DNA of 32,000 bases from Thermodesulfobacteriota bacterium (GTDB taxonomy: Bacteria; Desulfobacterota; WTBG01; JAGOGO01), in assembly GCA_026625185.1 (NCBI GenBank), contig CP113000.1, positions 60,001 through 92,000 on the forward strand, read 5' to 3'. The translations under genes and the position numbers were made by a program. Under the pieces are notes generated by a model that ran no database searches, was not told the DNA's origin, and was given only the letters and a program-made list of their open reading frames with translations. Shown here piece by piece: positions 26,422-32,000 of this stretch (positions are counted from its first letter, which is position 1; each line of letters begins with the position of its first letter).

Positions 26422-28026
26422 TCACACCGTGCAGCGAGGTGGAGCAAACCGTGAAATAATGGCTTCGGCAACCTTGATGCCGTCTACAGCTGATGACATG
26501 ATGCCGCCGGCATATCCCCCGCCTTCTCCCGCTGGATACAGTCCGCTGATGCTCGTCTGAAAATCCTTACCCCGCACCAGCCGCACCGGACAAGAACTCC
26601 GCGTTTCCACGCCGGTCAACACCGCATCAGGCAAATCAAAACCTTTTAACCGACGGGCGAAAGCCGGGATAGCGTGTTTGATGGTGTCGCAAACATAAGG
26701 CGGCAGACAGTTCCGCAGGTCTGCAAGCACCACTGCAGGCCGGTATGTCGCCGCCACTTGCCCTAATTGTGTGGAAGACCGTCCCCTAAAAAAATCAGAT
26801 AAAAGCTGTGCTGGCGCGGCGTAAGTTTCTCCAGCCACGCGGAAAGCCAAAGCTTCCCATTCCCTTTGAAATCTGAACCCGGAAAGCGGATGATCATCAG
26901 GAAAATCTGCCGGCTCCACGTTGACCAGCAAAGCGGCATTGGCGTTCAATCCCTTTCGCGCCTGAAGGCTCATGCCATTGGTGACAATGCAACCAGCCTC
27001 AGAGGCCGCGGCAATCACCTCACCTCCGGGACACATGCAGAAAGTATACGCCGAACGGCCGTCCGGGTCGTGATAAACCAGTTTGTAGTCTCCCGGACCG
27101 AGCCGGGGGTGTCCCGCAAACGCGCCGTACTGGGCTTGGTCAATAAGAAGCTGGGGGTGCTCGATTCGCATTCCCACCGAAAACGGCTTGGGGATCATCG
27201 TTAAACCGTGTTTGAGCAGCATATTGAAGGTATCGCGGCTGCTGTGGCCGATAGCAAAAACAGCGGCCTCACATTCAAAAACACCCATCTCGTTTATTTC
27301 CAGCCCGCACAACCGACGATCCCGCAGCCGCAAGCCGCTCACCAGGTTTAAAAAACGCACCTCACCGCCCAGGCGGATGATCAATTCCCTGATCGTTCGC
27401 ACTACCACCCGCAACTGGTCAGTGCCGATATGAGGCTTATTTGACACCAAAATTGCCGGCGGCGCGCCAGCCATAGCCAGTTCCTCCAAAACCTTGCGGC
27501 AGCGCAGGTCATTGATTAGCGTAGACAGCTTGCCATCGGAGAACGTCCCCGCCCCCCCCTCACCGAATTGGGCATTGGACTCGGGATTGAGGACACCGTA
27601 GTGCCAGAAGTGCTCTACATCGCGGCACCGCTCTTCAACTGCCTTGCCCCGTTCCAGAATCACGGGCTGATAGCCGGCCTGAGCTAAAATCAGCCCAGCA
27701 AACAAGCCGGCTGGTCCGCTGCCCACCACCACCGGACGATGTTCCAACATCTCCGAACCAGGTTTTGCCGGGTGGTAGGACTCATCAGGCGTTGGTATCA
27801 CTCGATGGCCAAAGACTGTGCCGACAAGCTGTGCCTCGTGACGCAGGGAAACGTCCACAGTATAGATCAATCTGATAGTTGTCTTTTTACGGGCATCGAT
27901 TGCCTGGCGCCGTATCTCCCATGAGAGCAGCTCGCGGGCAGACACCTGCAGAGCATCACTGATGGCGCGGAGCAAATCGTCCTGACTGTGGTCCAGGGGA
28001 AGTTTGATTTCAAAGACACGCAGCAT
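26422..28026 (-). CDS. FAD-dependent protein of the COG2509 type (uncharacterised NAD(FAD)-utilising dehydrogenase family)
   Basis: From ATG 28026 the protein begins MLRVFEIKLPLDHSQDDLLRAI...IRRQAIDARKK, the family's typical N-domain. Next come the dinucleotide fold VVVGSGPAGLFAGLILAQAGYQPVILERG and the FGEGGAGTFSDGKL motif. The track start 28080 is a GTG inside the upstream gene. The gene is GC-rich relative to its flanks. Confidence 0.75.
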   Translation of the reverse strand: MLRVFEIKLPLDHSQDDLLRAISDALQVSARELLSWEIRRQAIDARKKTTIRLIYTVDVSLRHEAQLVGTVFGHRVIPTPDESYHPAKPGSEMLEHRPVVVGSGPAGLFAGLILAQAGYQPVILERGKAVEERCRDVEHFWHYGVLNPESNAQFGEGGAGTFSDGKLSTLINDLRCRKVLEELAMAGAPPAILVSNKPHIGTDQLRVVVRTIRELIIRLGGEVRFLNLVSGLRLRDRRLCGLEINEMGVFECEAAVFAIGHSSRDTFNMLLKHGLTMIPKPFSVGMRIEHPQLLIDQAQYGAFAGHPRLGPGDYKLVYHDPDGRSAYTFCMCPGGEVIAAASEAGCIVTNGMSLQARKGLNANAALLVNVEPADFPDDHPLSGFRFQREWEALAFRVAGETYAAPAQLLSDFFRGRSSTQLGQVAATYRPAVVLADLRNCLPPYVCDTIKHAIPAFARRLKGFDLPDAVLTGVETRSSCPVRLVRGKDFQTSISGLYPAGEGGGYAGGIMSSAVDGIKVAEAIISRFAPPRCTV

Positions 28027-28028
28027 GG

Positions 28029-29279
28029 TCACGTCTGCGCGCTGTGCAGCCCGGCCACATAGCCCGAGGACCAGGCCCACTGAAGGTTGAAGCCACCGCT
28101 GTCACCAATCACGTCAAGCACTTCACCGGCAGCGAACAATCCTTTGACTAGGTGTGACTCCAAGGTCTGGGCGGAAAAATCCCTGGTGCAAACGCCGCCC
28201 GCCATGACCTGAGCTTCTTTCCAGGAGAGCGAGCCGGTTACCTCAAAAGTCCAGTGCTTTAATACCGTGGCGATGCGGATGCGCTCTTCCTGCGAAACCT
28301 GGCTGACTAATTTACGCGGTTCCGCAATCTTGGCCTCATGCAGGATGATAGGCATGAGCCGTTTATGGATCAAGCCGATGAGTGCGACATCAAGCGCCGT
28401 CTCGGGCCAAAAAGAAAAGCGCTGATCGAGGTTACTCATAAGTTGTTCCGCGCTCCAAAAGGGGAAAAGATCGAGTACGAGAAATACGGGTTGGTCTTCC
28501 AGCCGCCCGCGATTGGCAATCCGGCTAAGCTGTAGGATAGGAGGTCCGGACAGACCGTATTCGGTAAAAAGAATCTCACCTTCTTCTTTAACTGCGGGCT
28601 TGCCTGAAATATCAAGAAGCGCTCCGGCAATGACTTTGACGCCTTTGAGTTTCGAACCAAAATGCGGGTTTACTTTAAGGGGAACCAGAGCCGGGAAAAT
28701 AGGCACAACCGTGTGCCCCATTTTTTTAAGAACCTCAATTCCGCTCTCGTTACCACCCAGGTGCGGCGCTGCTTTGCCGCCCGTGGTCACCACAACGCGG
28801 TCTGCCTGTTCCTCACCCTCCGGCCAGCGCAGGATAAAGGAGTAACCCTGCCGGGAGATGTTCTCAATGTTAGCCTGCACCCGTATGGCAACCCCCAGAC
28901 GCTCGGTTTCAAAACGCAACACATCAAGTACGGTTGAAGCCTGACCAGTCAAGGGAAAGACACGGCCCTCATCTTCCACCTGAGTGCATACCCCCAGGGC
29001 ATTGAAAAATTCCAAGGTCTTTGTTGCCGGGAATTGGTTCAGGACCATTCTGACAAAATACAGATCTGCGCCGCGAAAGTTATCAATCGAACAATTAACA
29101 TTGGTCAAATTGCAGCGGCCATTGCCCGTGGCCAGGATTTTTTTCCCCACCCGGTCCTGCCGCTCCAGCACGGTAACGCGAGCGCCCTGTCGCGCGGCAG
29201 TGATAGCCGCCATCATTCCCGCTGCCCCGCCTCCGACGATGGCGATATGTACTTTTTTTAATTTTTTTTTCGCACGCAT
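28029..29279 (-). CDS. HI0933-like flavoprotein (COG2081, BaiN/aminoacetone-oxidase-type family)
   Basis: Contains IAIVGGGAAGMMAAITAARQGARVTVLERQDRVGKKILATGNGRCNLTN and the C-terminal GLFAAGEVLDVIGDSGGFNLQWAWSSG, as I recall for PF03486. The ATG is at 29279, with a GTG alternative at 29288. Its stop TGA (28031-28029) is 2 nt from the downstream ATG. Confidence 0.8.
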   Translation of the reverse strand: MRAKKKLKKVHIAIVGGGAAGMMAAITAARQGARVTVLERQDRVGKKILATGNGRCNLTNVNCSIDNFRGADLYFVRMVLNQFPATKTLEFFNALGVCTQVEDEGRVFPLTGQASTVLDVLRFETERLGVAIRVQANIENISRQGYSFILRWPEGEEQADRVVVTTGGKAAPHLGGNESGIEVLKKMGHTVVPIFPALVPLKVNPHFGSKLKGVKVIAGALLDISGKPAVKEEGEILFTEYGLSGPPILQLSRIANRGRLEDQPVFLVLDLFPFWSAEQLMSNLDQRFSFWPETALDVALIGLIHKRLMPIILHEAKIAEPRKLVSQVSQEERIRIATVLKHWTFEVTGSLSWKEAQVMAGGVCTRDFSAQTLESHLVKGLFAAGEVLDVIGDSGGFNLQWAWSSGYVAGLHSAQT

Positions 29280-29360
29280 ATCCGGCACCGCATCTTTAAG
29301 ACTCTTGCACTATCAACCCACCTTCAAGTTTTTCCTCATACGCCCTGAGAGGGTGTGACT

Positions 29361-29780
29361 TTAGGGTTTTTGAGGTATCATATCCTTTTTCTGTTTCCAT
29401 TCCCCCGCTTGTGTTTTGAAATAATCCGAATCAGAAGCTTTTTGAAAATACCGCTTCGCGTTCGCCATGCCTACTTCTTCGACCGATGTTTGGCTTTCTT
29501 GGGCAATGAGTGCGTAAAGCAGGTTGCGATCATTATTTTCTGCCGTAATGAGTTTGCTGATCTTTTCATCCTGTGCAAATTCTTTTTTGACTGCTTCAGC
29601 AAAGCCAGAAGGAGTTTCGCCGATTTTTCCGCTTTGTTTGAGTTCACTGATTTGAGGAAAACGGTCTTTCATACGAATTTTTATGTCATCTTTAGTGTTT
29701 TGCGCCGCGCCGAATGCGACCAACGAAAACATCGTCACCACACAATACAACACAATAGTTTTGATGTTAAGCGTCTTCAT
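29361..29780 (-). CDS. ydbL: YdbL-like periplasmic protein (DUF1318)
   Basis: From ATG 29780 (AAGGAG SD) the protein begins MKTLNIKTIVLYCVVTMFSLVAFGA (signal peptide). It then reads LKQSGKIGETPSGF.E......LITAENNDRNLLYALIA......VEEVG...A........G.W. It is third in a ydbH-ynbE-ydbL arrangement. The track's longer ORF (to 29882) overlaps ynbE. Confidence 0.7.
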   Translation of the reverse strand: MKTLNIKTIVLYCVVTMFSLVAFGAAQNTKDDIKIRMKDRFPQISELKQSGKIGETPSGFAEAVKKEFAQDEKISKLITAENNDRNLLYALIAQESQTSVEEVGMANAKRYFQKASDSDYFKTQAGEWKQKKDMIPQKP

Positions 29781-29811
29781 TTTATTTCTCCTTGTTTTAT
29801 TGTTCAGAGGT

Positions 29812-30024
29812 TTAATTTTTAGAATTAGATTTTGTGGCGGTGGAACCACTCTGTCCCTGATCTTCAAAATCAAAAAAATCATTCAATTGCTTTTCCACTT
29901 TAACATTGACATTCATCGTAATATAGATCGGTTCCACCTGATGTTTAACCGTGATATTCCAGCACCCGGTCAGCGTAAAAACAAGTCCTCCTGCTAAGAA
30001 AGGCATAATAAATTTCATACTCAT
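29812..30024 (-). CDS. ynbE: YnbE-like lipoprotein
   Basis: Has the lipobox LTGC (..GGLVFTLTGCWN) and then EPIYITMNVNVKVEKQL, resembling E. coli YnbE (..EPITINMNVKIEHE..). The likely true start is the third codon ATG at 30018 (AGGAGA 6 nt upstream). Confidence 0.75.
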   Translation of the reverse strand: MSMKFIMPFLAGGLVFTLTGCWNITVKHQVEPIYITMNVNVKVEKQLNDFFDFEDQGQSGSTATKSNSKN

Positions 30025-30111
30025 TCTCCTTTTTAACTAAAAGTGAAACAATTGAAGCCGTTACAATCTCCTTTTTTCACGGCCCAAGTCCAAAAATTAT
30101 TTCTTCCCCAT

Positions 30112-32000
30112 TTAATGTTTTCCCATTAACTGAGGAATCACCATCCGGTTTAACAGTTCGTCCAGACTGCTGATCGTGATATCCAGCCCCCCGATAGGAA
30201 CTATATTTTCTTTCTGCCCGCGGGGGCCATATCCTTGTGCCTGCACACGCGTTTGCAGAACATTGTTCTCATCATTTTTGAAGACTACTTTTAGCTGGGA
30301 ATATTCTATGTCCTGAAGTGCACGCAGCATCATGAGGCTGACAATTTCCTGGGCGTTTTTTGTTTTTGGATCAATATCTTTTGCGATGCCCACTATCTTC
30401 ATGGCGGTTTCTTTTGAAAATTGCAGCCCCCCTTTGGGCGGTCGCGCTTCAAGATAACCGTCGCCAAAGGCAAGGCGCGGGTGTTTTCCCCACTTAATCG
30501 TTATCGGAACATGACCGTAAATCCTGCCCTCCCCCTTTACGCCGTGGTAGTCCATAAAATCAAGGAGATCCTGAAGATTTAAAGCCTCAACATTCAGGTC
30601 ACATGAAAGGTGCGACTGGGAAAAATCCAGCGGGATATTGTTGCTGAATAGTCTTCCGCCGGCCCAGTTCAGGTCAAGGGATTTTATATATAATATTTCT
30701 TTTTTTGCAAAATTAAAAATAGTTTGTCCCTTTTCAATTTTAAAGCTACCGATATGAGCATTCTTAAAGGTAAAAACTTGTTCTCCGTTCGTGATCAGTG
30801 GGGCAACACTATTAAGCCCAAGCACTCCGTTAATGTCTTGAATTCCCGTATCGCTTCCTGATTTTTTCCATTCTCCATCTTTTATCTCAACACTGTAGCG
30901 CTGAAGTATTTTGCCCCCTTCTATTTTTAATCGCGCTTTTGCAGAAAATGTTCCTGTCAGATCATCATCTTTTATGGGTGAAATGAGACCCGCAAGCCAT
31001 TTCTTATTTCGGGTGGTAAATTCCGGGATCGCCACGTTAATAGTTCCGTTTACACCCTGACGATCAAAATAAAGATTGCCAATGACATTGACTGTCGCCC
31101 AGGGCCCGAGAGCGCTCTTGACCGTCATGTCAAGTTTGTTTTTATCAACGTGAAATAAACTGATTATTTTTGAAAGGGAGACAGCGGCAAGGTCAACAGC
31201 TTCAATGTTCAATGACCCCTTTGTTTCATTTTTTGCCGCATCCATGACTGCGGTTGCCGCAAGATTATTTATGGCCAGTGTTAAAGGTTCTCTGGCGGCC
31301 GAGGTCTCAATAGAAAGGTGGTTTCCGGTTACAGATATTTGGCCGGTTAGTTGACCATTCTGGTACAATAGGTTTCCGTTGGCATTGAGGTGTCCTCTGC
31401 CTGATATTTGTTTTAAAGATGGATACACGGTGCTGATTAGTTTCAATAAGTTCAGATCGATCTTTGTTATCGTAAAGGCACCTTTGAATAATTTTGTCTT
31501 AAAATTCACGAATGCGCTGGTTTTTATTTTTGCGTTTTTCATTCGGGCTTGCAACTCAAAGACGCCGGTATTGTTTTCCGTGGCCCTGAAAGTCGCTTCT
31601 AAAGGAACCATCATCAATTGGCCTTCAACATTGAAAAGTAAAAAAGATTCTTTCAGAAAAAGGTTAGCAAAGGGTAAGATTAAAGTTTCATCGCTTTTCC
31701 CCCCGCCGGTAATGCTGGAGAGGGGGCCTAAATCCATGTTGCGATTTTTCACCCCCACTTCAAGGCGAGCACCGTAAAGGTTAATTGATTTCACCTTACC
31801 TTTGATTAAGGACCCTAAAGAGTAGCTCACCCTGATTTTTGTGATGTGAAACTTTTTTTCCAGGCCGATATTTAAATTTTCAAGCTCGGCGCTCCGGTAG
31901 GTAACGGATTTCACCTTGACACGAGCATCGGCAATTCCGCTTTTATTAAGTTCCGAAATTATTTTTTTTTGAACCAGACCGGGGAGGAGGGTAACCTGCA
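30112..32000 (-). CDS. ydbH: YdbH-like AsmA-family intermembrane lipid-transport protein (5' end lies outside the window)
   Basis: The reading frame stays open from the GTG at 31914 up to position 32000 (hand translation ..QVTLLPGLVQKKIISELNKSGIADARVKVKSVTYRS..). It is a long repetitive beta-rich sequence followed directly by ynbE and ydbL, the E. coli operon order. The family call rests mainly on synteny and general character. Confidence 0.65.
   Translation of the reverse strand, partial: QVTLLPGLVQKKIISELNKSGIADARVKVKSVTYRSAELENLNIGLEKKFHITKIRVSYSLGSLIKGKVKSINLYGARLEVGVKNRNMDLGPLSSITGGGKSDETLILPFANLFLKESFLLFNVEGQLMMVPLEATFRATENNTGVFELQARMKNAKIKTSAFVNFKTKLFKGAFTITKIDLNLLKLISTVYPSLKQISGRGHLNANGNLLYQNGQLTGQISVTGNHLSIETSAAREPLTLAINNLAATAVMDAAKNETKGSLNIEAVDLAAVSLSKIISLFHVDKNKLDMTVKSALGPWATVNVIGNLYFDRQGVNGTINVAIPEFTTRNKKWLAGLISPIKDDDLTGTFSAKARLKIEGGKILQRYSVEIKDGEWKKSGSDTGIQDINGVLGLNSVAPLITNGEQVFTFKNAHIGSFKIEKGQTIFNFAKKEILYIKSLDLNWAGGRLFSNNIPLDFSQSHLSCDLNVEALNLQDLLDFMDYHGVKGEGRIYGHVPITIKWGKHPRLAFGDGYLEARPPKGGLQFSKETAMKIVGIAKDIDPKTKNAQEIVSLMMLRALQDIEYSQLKVVFKNDENNVLQTRVQAQGYGPRGQKENIVPIGGLDITISSLDELLNRMVIPQLMGKH

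Noticed and set aside
28338-29358. Multiple overlapping ORFs on both strands inside the HI0933-like gene, plus 26866..27924 inside the COG2509-like gene
   Set aside because: High GC suppresses stop codons in off-frames. The flavoprotein frames carry clear FAD-binding motifs, and the others have none.
29289-29360. Hairpin ACGCCCT-gag-AGGGTGT (about 29340-29356) as a ydbL terminator or island boundary repeat
   Set aside because: It is a 7-bp stem including a G-U pair, with no U-tract on either strand and no matching repeat at the left edge of the GC-rich island. That is insufficient for a terminator or att-site call.
29355-29997. Plus-strand ORFs 29355..29822 (155 aa) and 29683..29997 (104 aa), and the 173-aa version of the ydbL ORF (to 29882)
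   Set aside because: The plus-strand ORFs are antisense to ydbL and ynbE and are Phe/Leu/Ile-rich. The long ydbL version overlaps ynbE and lacks an SD, whereas ATG 29780 has AAGGAG and a signal peptide.
1-32000. CRISPR arrays, transposases, integrases, toxin-antitoxin or other defence genes
   Set aside because: I found no spaced direct-repeat array and no ORF with recombinase, nuclease or defence-type motifs in any frame of the ORF track or in the gaps I translated by hand.

Overview
This window is from an AT-rich diderm (LPS-making) bacterium, and I cannot assign a lineage from the sequence alone. Positions 1-25470 are entirely minus-strand. They hold the 5' part of rpoA and a contiguous alpha/spc/S10 ribosomal-protein array (rpsD to rpsJ, with secY, infA and rpmJ). 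Next come tuf preceded by a Thr-Tyr-Gly-Thr tRNA cluster, pdxA, and the rpmH-rnpA-yidD-yidC-jag-mnmE cluster. After that is an envelope block: a small anchored protein, a YcaR/Trm112-like protein, a GT9 heptosyltransferase, a PagL-like deacylase and lpxK, followed by a J-domain protein. The right end carries two small plus-strand envelope proteins, a GC-rich pair of poorly characterised flavoproteins, and a ydbH-ynbE-ydbL operon that runs off the window. I do not see a clear novel multi-gene system such as a defence island, CRISPR array, or transposase- or integrase-bearing mobile element. The items most worth a second look are: (1) the compositionally foreign flavoprotein pair; (2) two inverted-repeat-bounded structured intergenic elements at about 22.43-22.56 kb and 24.50-24.64 kb; (3) loss of adk and map from the spc operon, with a possible Adk C-terminal relic; (4) a hybrid tRNA-tuf-rpsJ junction. 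Function calls rest on hand-read motifs and recalled family signatures, not on database searches.
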